Source: Candidatus Omnitrophota bacterium
GTDB lineage: Bacteria; Omnitrophota; Omnitrophia; JAHJGZ01; JAFGJY01
NCBI GenBank assembly: GCA_016928875.1
Contig: JAFGJY010000116.1
Coordinates: forward strand, 6,064 to 70,063
Direction: 5' to 3'
Length of the DNA: 64,000 nucleotides
Shown one piece after another: positions 1-9,670 of the stretch. Below the pieces are notes generated by a model. It saw only the letters and a list, made by a program, of their open reading frames with translations. It did no database searches and was not told the DNA's origin. Made by a program: the position numbers and the translations under genes. How positions within the stretch are numbered: the first letter of the stretch is position 1; the number at the start of each line of letters is the position of its first letter.

Positions 1-876
1 TTCGGGAAAATCTTCAAGGATATCCTCGATCGATTCGACAAAACGGGCACCTTCTCGCAGTAATCTATTCGTCCCTTTCGCCCCTGCATAATTGACCTTA
101 CCGGGAATACTGTAAACCTCACGGCCTTCATCGAGCGCCATACGGGCCGTAATAAGTGAACCGCTTCGCGCCGATGCTTCAACTACCAGTACCCCGCGCG
201 CAAGCCCGGCGATGATCCTGTTCCGCTGTGGGAAATTATACCGAAAAGGCTCGATCCCCATGGGAAATTCGCTGAGACACGCGCCACATTCGAGGATCTT
301 ACCATATAATTTTTGGTTCATTCTAGGATATATCACATCAACACCGCATCCGAAAACCGCGATCGTACACCCATCTGCTTTAAGCGCTCCCTGATGAGCG
401 GCTGAATCGATCCCCTTGGCAAAACCCGATACGATCGTTATCCCGCGCTGAGCGCATTCCTTGGCAAAATATTCAGCCATCTCAAGGCCATAAAAAGATG
501 CATTGCGTGAGCCGACAATACTTAAACAAGGTTTTACCGGAAATGGCAGCGTACCTTTTTTATACAATACAAGCGGCGGATCAGCTATTTCTTTTAACAA
601 TGCCGGATACCGATCATCGTCATAGGGTATGATATCAACATTGTTCCGCTCTATCAAACGCAATTCACCCTCATGATCAAAAACGCTCTTCTCGTGTGCA
701 ATTCTATCTGCAAGCCGCCGACCCGCCGAATTTATATGTGCAATCTCACTGATCGCCCGGTCACTGATCATCGCGGCCCACGATCCATACATAGAAACGA
801 ATGTACGGATATTTTTGGCGTTCAGTGATGAAATGCGATTGAGTAATAACAGTGCTACAAGTTCTTTCGTGTTCAT
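1..876 (-). CDS. dprA: DNA-processing protein DprA/Smf (C-terminal end runs off the window)
   Basis: Absent from the ORF track because it has no stop in the window. My reverse translation from ATG 874-876 reads MNTKELVALLLLNRISSLNAKNIRTFVSMYGS...GFAKGIDSAAHQGALKADGCTI..., the DprA Rossmann-like core. Confidence 0.85.
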   Translation of the reverse strand, partial: MNTKELVALLLLNRISSLNAKNIRTFVSMYGSWAAMISDRAISEIAHINSAGRRLADRIAHEKSVFDHEGELRLIERNNVDIIPYDDDRYPALLKEIADPPLVLYKKGTLPFPVKPCLSIVGSRNASFYGLEMAEYFAKECAQRGITIVSGFAKGIDSAAHQGALKADGCTIAVFGCGVDVIYPRMNQKLYGKILECGACLSEFPMGIEPFRYNFPQRNRIIAGLARGVLVVEASARSGSLITARMALDEGREVYSIPGKVNYAGAKGTNRLLREGARFVESIEDILEDFPE

Positions 877-985
877 GTATTTTATTTAAATTATATTATT
901 TTATGCCATTTAATCAAATTATAAGCCAAAAAATGCCCCTTATCAACAATTTTAAGATAGAGGGAAGATGCAGTTAAAAGATAGG

Positions 986-1360
986 TTAGGCAGGAAAATG
1001 TTTCTGAAGAAGCTCAAGGATCTGTTCTTTGGAAAGCGGTTTCGAAAAGGCACCGTCCGCATTGACGGTCGCAGCGATACGATCTGTATCGGATTTATCA
1101 GAAAATGAGATCAGATACAGAGGAACATTCTTTGTCTCATCTTTGCTCTTGAGCAATGAACAAAGCTCGGAGGTTTCGGTCGAGGTCAAATACACATCAA
1201 GAAAGATCATATCCGGGCTCGCTTCCCGAATAGCCGCTAGAAGATCTTTCTCCCGTTTATCAAGGATAGTGATGATCTGAAACGAGTCTGATCTTAGCTC
1301 TTGCTCTACAAGATCGAGGAAATCGGGATTATCATCGATAAAGACTATGCGCCGGATCAA
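986..1360 (-). CDS. stand-alone CheY-like response regulator receiver
   Basis: 124 aa. IVFIDDNPD acidic pocket, MIFLDVYL phospho-acceptor Asp context, SKPL lysine. ATGA overlap with the aroB stop. Confidence 0.8.
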   Translation of the reverse strand: MIRRIVFIDDNPDFLDLVEQELRSDSFQIITILDKREKDLLAAIREASPDMIFLDVYLTSTETSELCSLLKSKDETKNVPLYLISFSDKSDTDRIAATVNADGAFSKPLSKEQILELLQKHFPA

Positions 1361-2460
1361 AATGTAAAGGCCTCCTTAATAAGCGCCGGTTTAATATCGT
1401 CACGAATGACCACGCTGCCGATCTCGACCGGCAGGATCAAACGTATCTTCTTATCTTTTACTTTTTTATCGCCATACATCGCACCAAGCAATGCTGCCTT
1501 ATCCAGATTGTACGGTACGATAGAAGTCGGTAAATGGGCCTTATCGATCACGCCTATCAAACGTTCAAGCGATTCGCCATCGAACATCTCAAGCTTGTTC
1601 GCGAGCCGGCCTGCGGCTTGCATACCGAGGGCAACAGCCATACCATGGGTGATCTTTTTGTATTGTCCTACGGTCTCGAGCGCATGCCCGAAGGTATGCC
1701 CCAAGTTCAAGACCGCCCGCAACCCGGATTCCTTTTCATCACGTTCAACCACTTTGGTCTTGTATTGCACGCATTTCGTAACGATCCGTTCGATGACCTC
1801 AAGGTCAAGATCAAAGATCGCATCAATGTTCTTCTCCACATATTCAAAGAACAGATGATCGAACAACATGCCATATTTTATAACTTCGGCCATACCATTG
1901 ATGAGCTCTTTTTCCGGCAAGGTCGAAAGTGTCGCACTATCGGCAATGACCACCTTCGGCTGATAGAACGATCCGACCAAGTTCTTCCCCTCCGGAAGAT
2001 TGATCCCCGTCTTGCCGCCGATCGCGCTGTCAACCTGGGCGAGTAAAGTTGTGGGAACATTCACAAAATCTATACCGCGCATAAAGATCGACGCTGCAAA
2101 TCCGGCAAGGTCCCCGATAACACCGCCGCCTAAGGCGATGATCATCGAACTGCGCTCAAAACGATTCTCTATCAGCACCTTCATGAGACGGAAAAGTTGC
2201 TTCTCTGATTTTGCCTTCTCTCCGTCGGGGACTAGATGACGGATCGCCTTGATGCCTTGTCGTTTCAATGAGCCGGAAATAAGCGGCAGATACACCGCCC
2301 CGATCTTCTGGTTCGTCATTATCAAAACGGTATCATTACGTGCGATCTTTGCAATGATCTGGCCTGCATTCTGGATTATGCTAGAACCGATAACAATGTC
2401 ATAGCTATTCTGCTCTAAATGGCACCGTACTTTTTTCTCCTTCTTGAACAAGCTCATCAT
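1357..2460 (-). CDS. aroB: 3-dehydroquinate synthase
   Basis: 367 aa. GGGVIGDLAGFAA nucleotide-binding motif and LNLGHTFGHALE metal-binding motif. Confidence 0.92.
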   Translation of the reverse strand: MMSLFKKEKKVRCHLEQNSYDIVIGSSIIQNAGQIIAKIARNDTVLIMTNQKIGAVYLPLISGSLKRQGIKAIRHLVPDGEKAKSEKQLFRLMKVLIENRFERSSMIIALGGGVIGDLAGFAASIFMRGIDFVNVPTTLLAQVDSAIGGKTGINLPEGKNLVGSFYQPKVVIADSATLSTLPEKELINGMAEVIKYGMLFDHLFFEYVEKNIDAIFDLDLEVIERIVTKCVQYKTKVVERDEKESGLRAVLNLGHTFGHALETVGQYKKITHGMAVALGMQAAGRLANKLEMFDGESLERLIGVIDKAHLPTSIVPYNLDKAALLGAMYGDKKVKDKKIRLILPVEIGSVVIRDDIKPALIKEAFTF

Positions 2461-2487
2461 TTACCTCTATTATCTATCTTATTCGTG

Positions 2488-2988
2488 TTATAACCGCGAT
2501 ATAATCTTTTTAACAATACCGTCCGGATCGAGATGGTTGGTCTCTATAATAACATCCGCTTTTTCGTACTGCGCTTTACGTTGTGCAAATATCTCCGCAA
2601 GCTTTGCCTTGGGGTCGGCGACCTTAAGCAGCGGCCGCGACGTGTCATGTTTTATATGCGAGAGAAGCGAATCTACGGAGGCCTGCAGATATATTATCAC
2701 ACCCGAATCCTTCATAACAGCGATATTCTCGTCATTGATGACGATACCACCGCCGGTAGCGACGATTGCCTTATCGGCAAACGAGACTTTTCGCAACTCA
2801 GCGTGCTCAACATCGCGAAAGTAGGGCTCCCCTTTAGATGCAAATATCTCATTGATGCTCATCCCCTGCGAAGCAACAATGCGCTCATCAAGGTCGATCA
2901 CCACTCTTTTCAGCCGCGTGCCAAGTAACTTTGCGACCGCAGTTTTGCCAGACCCCATCATGCCTACCACATAAATATTGTCTGCCAT
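2488..2988 (-). CDS. aroK: shikimate kinase
   Basis: 166 aa. Walker A GMMGSGKT, typical size, aro gene context. Confidence 0.9.
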   Translation of the reverse strand: MADNIYVVGMMGSGKTAVAKLLGTRLKRVVIDLDERIVASQGMSINEIFASKGEPYFRDVEHAELRKVSFADKAIVATGGGIVINDENIAVMKDSGVIIYLQASVDSLLSHIKHDTSRPLLKVADPKAKLAEIFAQRKAQYEKADVIIETNHLDPDGIVKKIISRL

Positions 2989-2992
2989 GGTT

Positions 2993-4114
2993 TTACCTTG
3001 TCTTCAAATATTCCTTGTATGCATGCAAGTTCCGCTTAATTTCCGCAAGCGAATCTCCGCCCGTTTTCTCGAGCAACGCCCGTGCCACTTCGAACGCAAC
3101 AGCGGCCTCAGCGATCACACTACACGCTGCTATGGCACACGTATCGCTACGCTCATAACTGGCCTCGGTGCTTTTCTTGGTCTTCATGTCAACCGAGGGC
3201 AATGGATTCTTGAGCGTTGAAATAGGCTTCTTGGCTATTCTCACCACGACTTCTTCGCCGTTGCTCATCCCGCCTTCAATACCACCGGCATTATTTGATA
3301 TGTGATGATAGCCGGCTTCTTTGTTGTACGCGATAGGGTCATGGACATACGACCCCGCGTGATAGCCGACATTCCACCCCAGGCCAAATCCAACCGCTTT
3401 AATGGCCTGCATGCTCATGAGAGCCTGCGCAAGCTGCCCATCCAATTTGCGGTCCGGTTGCACGTGAGAACCGATCCCGGCCGGCAATCCTTTGACCCTG
3501 ATCTCGATCACACCACCCAATGTATCGCCATTCTCTCGTGCTTCATCGATAAGCGCGATCATCTTTTCTTCAACGGCCGATGATACACAATTAAGCTTTG
3601 ATGTATCTTTCGCTTTTTCGATCTGTTCAAAGGTGATCATTTCACCGGATATCGATGCTGCTCCCACTTGAATAACATGAGATGCGACCCTCACCCTGCA
3701 TTCCACTAATAAAAGTTTACAGATCGCACCGATTGCGACATGCACCGCAGTACTGCGTGCACTGGCTCTTTCAAGAACAGCCCTGATCGAGGTATCGTAT
3801 TTTAGACTCCCTGCAAGGTCTGCATGTCCGGGCCGTGGGCAAACCAGATCAGGCATAGAATCGATCGTATTGTCTTTGTTCTTCACGATAAGCCCTATCG
3901 GTGCTCCGGTACTTACGCCTTTAAGGATGCCTGAATGTATCTCTACTTTATCATTCTCGATCTTTTGACGATCACCCCGACCATACCCCGCCTGTCTCCG
4001 TGCCAGATCAGCATTGATACGATCCTCTTTTATCTCGACACCGCTCGGCATCCCTTCCAGGATACCCATCAGACATGTACCGTGCGATTCACCGCTTGTT
4101 AAATAACGCAACAT
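2993..4114 (-). CDS. aroC: chorismate synthase
   Basis: 373 aa. N-terminus MLRYLTSGESHG and the GGISNG-like GGIEGGMSNG motif. Confidence 0.93.
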   Translation of the reverse strand: MLRYLTSGESHGTCLMGILEGMPSGVEIKEDRINADLARRQAGYGRGDRQKIENDKVEIHSGILKGVSTGAPIGLIVKNKDNTIDSMPDLVCPRPGHADLAGSLKYDTSIRAVLERASARSTAVHVAIGAICKLLLVECRVRVASHVIQVGAASISGEMITFEQIEKAKDTSKLNCVSSAVEEKMIALIDEARENGDTLGGVIEIRVKGLPAGIGSHVQPDRKLDGQLAQALMSMQAIKAVGFGLGWNVGYHAGSYVHDPIAYNKEAGYHHISNNAGGIEGGMSNGEEVVVRIAKKPISTLKNPLPSVDMKTKKSTEASYERSDTCAIAACSVIAEAAVAFEVARALLEKTGGDSLAEIKRNLHAYKEYLKTR

Positions 4115-4141
4115 ATATCCTCCTCATTCTATCTTTGCTTT

Positions 4142-4963
4142 TTACAATCCGAATATCGAAACAACGATCTGGTCGCCGTAAAAGATCGCCGCAACCGCCC
4201 CCATAGACAAGAATGGCCCATAGGGTATGGTCGCTTCTTTTTTAACGAATTTATAGTATAACGCAAATATTATCGCAAAGTATGGTGATAGCAAAAACGC
4301 TATTACGGTATATTTCACGCCAACGAACGCGCCGATCATCGCTAAGAGCTTAATGTCCCCGCCGCCCATAGCTTCTTTCTTGAAAATGTAGCTGCCCACG
4401 ACCGCCAGCACATAAATTATCGCACCACCGCACAACAATCCCAGAATAGAGTCCGCGATAGCAAGCCGTTGATCAACCTCGAACTGGACCTGCGGCGCAC
4501 AAAAGCTGAACAACAAACCAACCAACATGCCGTAGAATGTGATCTCATCAGGAATGATCTTGAACTTGAGATCGATCACACTCGCTACTACAAGCGAACA
4601 AAACAAATACAATAGGAAAACAGCACGGGCCGTGAGGCCAAAATATGAGAACGTGAGAACGAACATCCCCGCTGTCGCCAGCTCGACTAACACATAACGA
4701 ATCGATATCGGCGCGCTGCACTGTCTGCACTTCCCGCGCAAGATCAGATAACTTATGAGCGGAATGTTATCATACCACACGATCGGTTTAAGACACATTG
4801 GACAATACGACGCCGGTTTAATGACCGATTTTTGTTCATCCGGCAAGCGATAGATACAAACATTGAGAAAACTCCCGACTATCGCTCCGAAAATAAAGAT
4901 GATCGTCATCGCCATAGAGGGCGTATCGCGTAAAAACTGAATATATGCATCTACGTTCATCAT
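4142..4963 (-). CDS. pilD: prepilin peptidase / N-methyltransferase (A24 family)
   Basis: 273 aa, polytopic. CPMC...CRQC zinc-ribbon pair and GGGDIKL catalytic-Asp motif. Confidence 0.88.
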   Translation of the reverse strand: MMNVDAYIQFLRDTPSMAMTIIFIFGAIVGSFLNVCIYRLPDEQKSVIKPASYCPMCLKPIVWYDNIPLISYLILRGKCRQCSAPISIRYVLVELATAGMFVLTFSYFGLTARAVFLLYLFCSLVVASVIDLKFKIIPDEITFYGMLVGLLFSFCAPQVQFEVDQRLAIADSILGLLCGGAIIYVLAVVGSYIFKKEAMGGGDIKLLAMIGAFVGVKYTVIAFLLSPYFAIIFALYYKFVKKEATIPYGPFLSMGAVAAIFYGDQIVVSIFGL

Positions 4964-4985
4964 TGGTCCTTTTTATCTGTTGTTA

Positions 4986-5849
4986 TTAATGCGACAACTG
5001 TGCCAGTAACGCTTTTTTCATTACATCGACCGGAGCATCATGCCCCGTCCATAATTCGAACGCCCGAACGCCTTGATATAACAGCATCATGAGCCCGTTC
5101 GAGGCGTTAAGGCCATGAGCACGAGCAGCGTTAACCAGCTTCGTTTCAGCCGGATTATAGATCAGATCATAAACACACGCGCTCGTATGGGCCAGATCTC
5201 TTTCCGCGATAAGTTCAGGGTCATCGGCATGCATGCCGCATGTCGTGGCATTGACGATGAGATCAAATCTCTGAAGATCATGTGCAATATTCTCAGGTTC
5301 AATAACTTCAAGAGCACTACTACTGAAGTCCCCACTCGTTGCATAGTGCTGTCTGAGCGCAAACGCTTTCTGTAGATCCTTATCAGATATGACGACCTTG
5401 TGCGCTTTGCTTTTTAACAGCGCGTACAAACATGCTTTACCGGCACCGCCGGTACCAATAAGCAAGGCTGTTTTACCTGCCGGCGAGAACGAAAGATCGA
5501 TCGCAAGGGCCTTTAAAAAACCATACCAGTCCGTGTTATAGCCGCAGTAAAACCCGCTTTCAAGCGTCACTGTATTGACCGCCCCGATAGCACGCACACT
5601 TTCATCACTGCAACAATATACATCTTTCACTTCAGTGATAAATTTCGTTTTATATGGAACCGTGACATTGAATCCCGCATACCCCGAAGCATGAAGGCTT
5701 TGAATGAATGCATCAACTTCTCTTTCAGAGGGGATCTCGAGCGATCTGTATTCCGCATCGATACCGAGCGCCTTGAATCCGGCATTATGCATGCCCGGTG
5801 AGAAGGAGTGATGCAAAGGATATCCGATAAGCGCGTATTTCTTTGTCAT
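4986..5849 (-). CDS. aroE: shikimate dehydrogenase
   Basis: 287 aa. SFSPGMHN, NVTVPYK and GTGGAGKA NADP-binding motifs. Confidence 0.9.
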   Translation of the reverse strand: MTKKYALIGYPLHHSFSPGMHNAGFKALGIDAEYRSLEIPSEREVDAFIQSLHASGYAGFNVTVPYKTKFITEVKDVYCCSDESVRAIGAVNTVTLESGFYCGYNTDWYGFLKALAIDLSFSPAGKTALLIGTGGAGKACLYALLKSKAHKVVISDKDLQKAFALRQHYATSGDFSSSALEVIEPENIAHDLQRFDLIVNATTCGMHADDPELIAERDLAHTSACVYDLIYNPAETKLVNAARAHGLNASNGLMMLLYQGVRAFELWTGHDAPVDVMKKALLAQLSH

Positions 5850-5880
5850 GCCCGTGTGCGGTGGATCGTGTGATGAGGAA

Positions 5881-5904
5881 GGGGCATGCTGTGCCGCATA
5901 CCCC
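5881..5904. repeat. GC-rich intergenic stem-loop between leuA and aroE
   Basis: Minus strand GGGGTATGC-ggcaca-GCATGCCCC. 9-bp stem including one G-U wobble. No T-run follows. Confidence 0.5.
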
Positions 5905-5909
5905 GGAAC

Positions 5910-7445
5910 CTATTTTTTAACTAAGATCTTGTTTATAGCTACAAGGTATGCTTTAACGCTTGCTTCAATCACATCGGTACTGGCGCCGCGGCCGCTATAT
6001 TCATTAGCTCCGTGTGCTACCTTGACGCTTACCTCCCCGAGCGCGTCTTTGCCCGAGGTAACTGAATGGATCGAGTAATCAACAAGCTTTGCCTTTACCC
6101 CGGTCACTTTCTCGATGGCTTTATAGCACGCGTCGACCGGCCCGTCGCCCGAAGACTGTGAGGTCCTCTCTTCGCTGTCTTTCTTTATTCGAATTACAGC
6201 CATCGGCGGTTTGTCGGTCTCGACGTTCACCTTCAGATATTCAAGATGCCACGCGGATAACGATTGCGCGATCTGGTCTTGAACGATCGCTTCGATATCT
6301 TCGTCATAAATATTCTTTTTGCGGTCGGCCAAAACCTTAAAGGCCGCAAATGCCTTCTCTACCTGCTGGTCATTGAGATCGAACCCGAGACGTACAAGCT
6401 GGGTCTTGAATGCATGCCTGCCCGAATGCTTTCCCATGACCAAGCGCGTTTCGGTCAAACCGATATCCTTGGGATCCATGATCTCATAGGTTTGGCGTTT
6501 CTTCAGAATACCATCCTGATGGATCCCAGCTTCGTGACTGAATGCATTTCGTCCTACCACAGCTTTATTGGGCTGGACCGTAATACCCGTCATGTTCGAG
6601 ACGATCTTAGACGACTTCATGATCTCGCCGACATTGATCATAGTATCCGCATGGTAAACCTGTTGACGGGTCTTCAACGTCATTACAACTTCTTCAAGCG
6701 ACGCGTTGCCCGCTCGTTCACCGATACCGTTGACAGTACACTCAACCTGATTAGCTCCGTTCAAAATGGCGCTCAATGAGTTGGCGCTTGCAAGACCAAG
6801 ATCATTATGGCAATGCACGCTTAATACTACCTTTTTACCAAGGCTCGGATTTTTCTCGACCAAATAGGCGATCAGCGTACCGAATTCTTCCGGCAGCGTG
6901 TATCCTACCGTATCAGGGATATTGATCGCCGTCGCTCCGGCCGCGATAGCGGTCTTAACGACCTCAGCCAGAAAATCCCGTTCGGTCCTGGTCGCATCTT
7001 CAGGAGAATACTCGATATCGTCGAAATAGTTCGCGGCATACGTTATCATCTTAGTGACCGTATCCAGGATCTCTGCCTTTTCCATTTTAAGTTTATATTT
7101 GCGATGGATCGGCGACGTTGCCAGAAAAACGTGGATCTTTTTCTTCTTGGCGAATTTGAGCGCTTCACACGCTGCATCGATATCACCTTTACGCATACGC
7201 GCGAGCCCCGCGATCACAGGTTTCTTGACCTTTTTTGAGATCATCTGGATCGCTTCAATTTCGCCAGGTGAAGCTGCCGGAAATCCCGCTTCAATAATAT
7301 CGACATTGAGCCGTTCAAGCTGTTCAGCGACCTTGATCTTCTCTTCCGGCGTCATTGAAGCGCCGGGCGATTGCTCACCGTCACGCAGTGTAGTATCGAA
7401 AATATAAACCCTGCGAGGTTTTTTTGTCTTTTTCTTTGTTACCAT
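5910..7445 (-). CDS. leuA: 2-isopropylmalate synthase
   Basis: 511 aa. DTTLRDGEQ and HCHNDLGLA motifs, plus a C-terminal LeuA regulatory domain length. Confidence 0.93.
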   Translation of the reverse strand: MVTKKKTKKPRRVYIFDTTLRDGEQSPGASMTPEEKIKVAEQLERLNVDIIEAGFPAASPGEIEAIQMISKKVKKPVIAGLARMRKGDIDAACEALKFAKKKKIHVFLATSPIHRKYKLKMEKAEILDTVTKMITYAANYFDDIEYSPEDATRTERDFLAEVVKTAIAAGATAINIPDTVGYTLPEEFGTLIAYLVEKNPSLGKKVVLSVHCHNDLGLASANSLSAILNGANQVECTVNGIGERAGNASLEEVVMTLKTRQQVYHADTMINVGEIMKSSKIVSNMTGITVQPNKAVVGRNAFSHEAGIHQDGILKKRQTYEIMDPKDIGLTETRLVMGKHSGRHAFKTQLVRLGFDLNDQQVEKAFAAFKVLADRKKNIYDEDIEAIVQDQIAQSLSAWHLEYLKVNVETDKPPMAVIRIKKDSEERTSQSSGDGPVDACYKAIEKVTGVKAKLVDYSIHSVTSGKDALGEVSVKVAHGANEYSGRGASTDVIEASVKAYLVAINKILVKK

Positions 7446-7458
7446 TGTCTATCCTTTC

Positions 7459-7486
7459 GTAGGTACAGGTCGCGACCTGTCCCTAC
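7459..7486 (-). repeat. REP-like palindromic hairpin (AGGGACAGGT family)
   Basis: Minus strand GTAGGGACAGGTCGCGACCTGTACCTAC, in the 60-nt ilvC-leuA spacer. Confidence 0.7.
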
Positions 7487-7505
7487 TATCGCGACTACCC
7501 TATCA

Positions 7506-8495
7506 TTACCGGATCCAGCTCATCATCGCGCGTAATCTCTTGCCGATTTTTTCTATCTGATGAGCCTGGCCCGCTTTTTTATACTTGTTGTAATTCGGTC
7601 TACCTTTCTTATTTTCATTGATCCATTCTTTTGCGAATGAATCGTTCTTGATCTCCTGTAATATTTTCTTCATCTCAGCTCGTGTTTGCTTCGTAATGAT
7701 GCGTTTACCGCGCGAATAATCACCGTACTCAGCAGTATCAGAAACGACATGACGCATACCCATGATACCCTTCGAATAGATAATATCCGTGATCAGCTTG
7801 AGCTCATGTAAGCATTCAAAATATGCGATCTCAGGCTGATACCCGGCATTCACCAAGGTCTCAAATCCGGCAATAATAAGCTCGCTTACGCCGCCGCACA
7901 ACACAACCTGCTCTCCAAAAAGATCAGTCTCGGTTTCTTCTTTAAAGGTCGTTTTAATCACCCCGCCATGAGTACCGCCGATGCCTTTGGCATATGCCAA
8001 TGCGTATTGTAAGGCTTTACCTGATGCATTCTGATGTATCGCCACTAAACAAGGAACTCCTTTACCTTCTTCGTATTGAATGCGTACTAATGTACCCGGG
8101 CCTTTGGGTGCAACCATGAATACGTCAACATTCTTCGGCGGAACGATCTGCTTGAAACGAATATTGAAACCATGCGAGAATATAAGCGCTTTCCCTTTTT
8201 TGAGATGTTTCTTGATATACTTCTCATATACCATACCCTGCACATGGTCTTGGGTCAGGATCTGGATGAAATCGCCTTTTTTCGCTGCTTCTTCAGCGCC
8301 GATCGGTTTGAACTTGTCTTTGATCGCTTGCTTATAATTTGCGGTCCCTTTAAGTTCGCTTACGATAACCTTTACACCACTATCACGCAAATTCATCGCT
8401 TGACCTCTCCCCTGAGCACCGTATCCGATGATCGCAACAGTCTTGTTCTTCAAATAACTTAATTTTGCATCTTCGTCATAATAAACCTTTGCCAT
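7506..8495 (-). CDS. ilvC: ketol-acid reductoisomerase
   Basis: 329 aa. [15 protein letters not shown]-type NADP motif and class I length. Confidence 0.93.
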   Translation of the reverse strand: MAKVYYDEDAKLSYLKNKTVAIIGYGAQGRGQAMNLRDSGVKVIVSELKGTANYKQAIKDKFKPIGAEEAAKKGDFIQILTQDHVQGMVYEKYIKKHLKKGKALIFSHGFNIRFKQIVPPKNVDVFMVAPKGPGTLVRIQYEEGKGVPCLVAIHQNASGKALQYALAYAKGIGGTHGGVIKTTFKEETETDLFGEQVVLCGGVSELIIAGFETLVNAGYQPEIAYFECLHELKLITDIIYSKGIMGMRHVVSDTAEYGDYSRGKRIITKQTRAEMKKILQEIKNDSFAKEWINENKKGRPNYNKYKKAGQAHQIEKIGKRLRAMMSWIR

Positions 8496-8527
8496 TCTGT
8501 TTCCCTCCTTTGAATTCCTTATGTATG

Positions 8528-9091
8528 TTATTTCTTCTTTGCTTTTGCTGTCTTTTTCTTCGTCGCCGTCTTGGCCTTACCTGCCGGGCCCTGCTTGGCC
8601 GTATTAAACCGCAATTCGGAAGCACGTGCGATCGCAATGATCCCGGTATTGACGACTTCCAGTATTCCGAACGGCTTCATGAGCTCGATCAAGGCATCGA
8701 TCTTACCTTCAGGACCCGTCATCTCGATCGTCAATGTCCTTGGATTCACATCCACTATCTTAGAACGAAATGTGTTAACGATCTGTATGATCTCGGCTCG
8801 TGTCGCAGGCGTAACCGCAACTTTAATAAGCGCCAGTTCGCGATCAATCGAATCCTCCTGAGTCAGGTCGGCGACCTTGATCACATCGATCAATTTGTTA
8901 AGCTGTTTCATGATCTGTTCTAATATCCTCTCATCCCCGTCGACCACGATGGTCATCCGGGAAATCGTCGGGTCCTCGGTCTCACCGACCGCAAGCGAGC
9001 TGATGTTGAACCCCCGCGCTGAGAACAAACCTGAGACGCGTGTTAGAACACCAAAATGGTTCTCAACCAAAATACCAATCGTATGCTTCAT
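8528..9091 (-). CDS. ilvN: acetolactate synthase small (regulatory) subunit with Lys-rich C-terminal tail
   Basis: 187 aa. ACT-domain N-terminus [24 protein letters not shown]. An extra tail reads [21 protein letters not shown]. Confidence 0.9.
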   Translation of the reverse strand: MKHTIGILVENHFGVLTRVSGLFSARGFNISSLAVGETEDPTISRMTIVVDGDERILEQIMKQLNKLIDVIKVADLTQEDSIDRELALIKVAVTPATRAEIIQIVNTFRSKIVDVNPRTLTIEMTGPEGKIDALIELMKPFGILEVVNTGIIAIARASELRFNTAKQGPAGKAKTATKKKTAKAKKK

Positions 9092-9135
9092 AATTAAACT
9101 CCTTTATAATCTTTAATGATTGTCTCATGTCTCAC

Positions 9136-9150
9136 GTTTCAAGTCACAGG
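9136..9150. repeat. inverted-repeat arm flanking the four-helix-bundle cassette (promoter-distal side)
   Basis: Plus strand gtttcaagtcacagg. Its reverse complement matches 9638-9652 (14/15) and 9659-9670 (12/12). It contains the last codons and the stop of the ORF. Confidence 0.75.
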
Positions 9151-9561
9151 CAAACAAAGCCCATACGATGCAACAGAATTATCGGAAACATAAGAATTAG
9201 TTATTGATTTTCTAAAACTATACAACTTCTTTCCAAGAGTCTTAAATCTTTCCAAAAGAGAACTATATTCAGCTTGCTCTAATGCGCCGGTCAAAAATAA
9301 CATCTCAAGGTGATATTTCGTTTCATCGCATGACGCAAGAGCATATGTTAAGAACCTAACATAATCAGTTTTGTATTTCTTCCGGCCAAAACCCTCAACG
9401 ATATTTGCGCCAATCGATTTTGCAGCACGTCTTATTTGGCTCCCTGTTTCATATTTTTCATATTGAGGTAAGTGAGTTAACGTAATTTGATGGATATCAA
9501 CTGCCAATTTTTTGCTTAATTGATACACTTCCAAGTCTTCATAACTTTGCGGCATGATCAA
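9139..9561 (-). CDS. four-helix-bundle protein (23S rRNA intervening-sequence protein / Avd family)
   Basis: 140 aa. YEDLEVYQLSKKLAVDIHQIT...QIRRAAKSIGANIVEGFGR...FLTYALASCDETKYHLEM is the family signature as I recognise it. Confidence 0.8.
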   Translation of the reverse strand: MIMPQSYEDLEVYQLSKKLAVDIHQITLTHLPQYEKYETGSQIRRAAKSIGANIVEGFGRKKYKTDYVRFLTYALASCDETKYHLEMLFLTGALEQAEYSSLLERFKTLGKKLYSFRKSITNSYVSDNSVASYGLCLPVT

Positions 9562-9637
9562 CCACCTTTGTGTCTTTCTACAGTGCTTCAGGCTGCAAGT
9601 CTCAGGTCTCAGACCAATAGCTCCATGTCCCGTCCAA

Positions 9638-9670
9638 CCTGTAACTTGAAACTTGTGGCCTGTGACTTGA
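9638..9670. repeat. inverted-repeat arm(s) flanking the four-helix-bundle cassette (ilvB side)
   Basis: cctgtaacttgaaac followed by a second partial copy, cctgtgacttga, that directly abuts the ilvB stop codon. Confidence 0.75.

Noticed and set aside
9139-9561. Diversity-generating retroelement (the four-helix-bundle protein acting as Avd).
   Set aside because: The window has no reverse transcriptase, no template/variable repeat pair and no target gene. Only the family relationship is noted.
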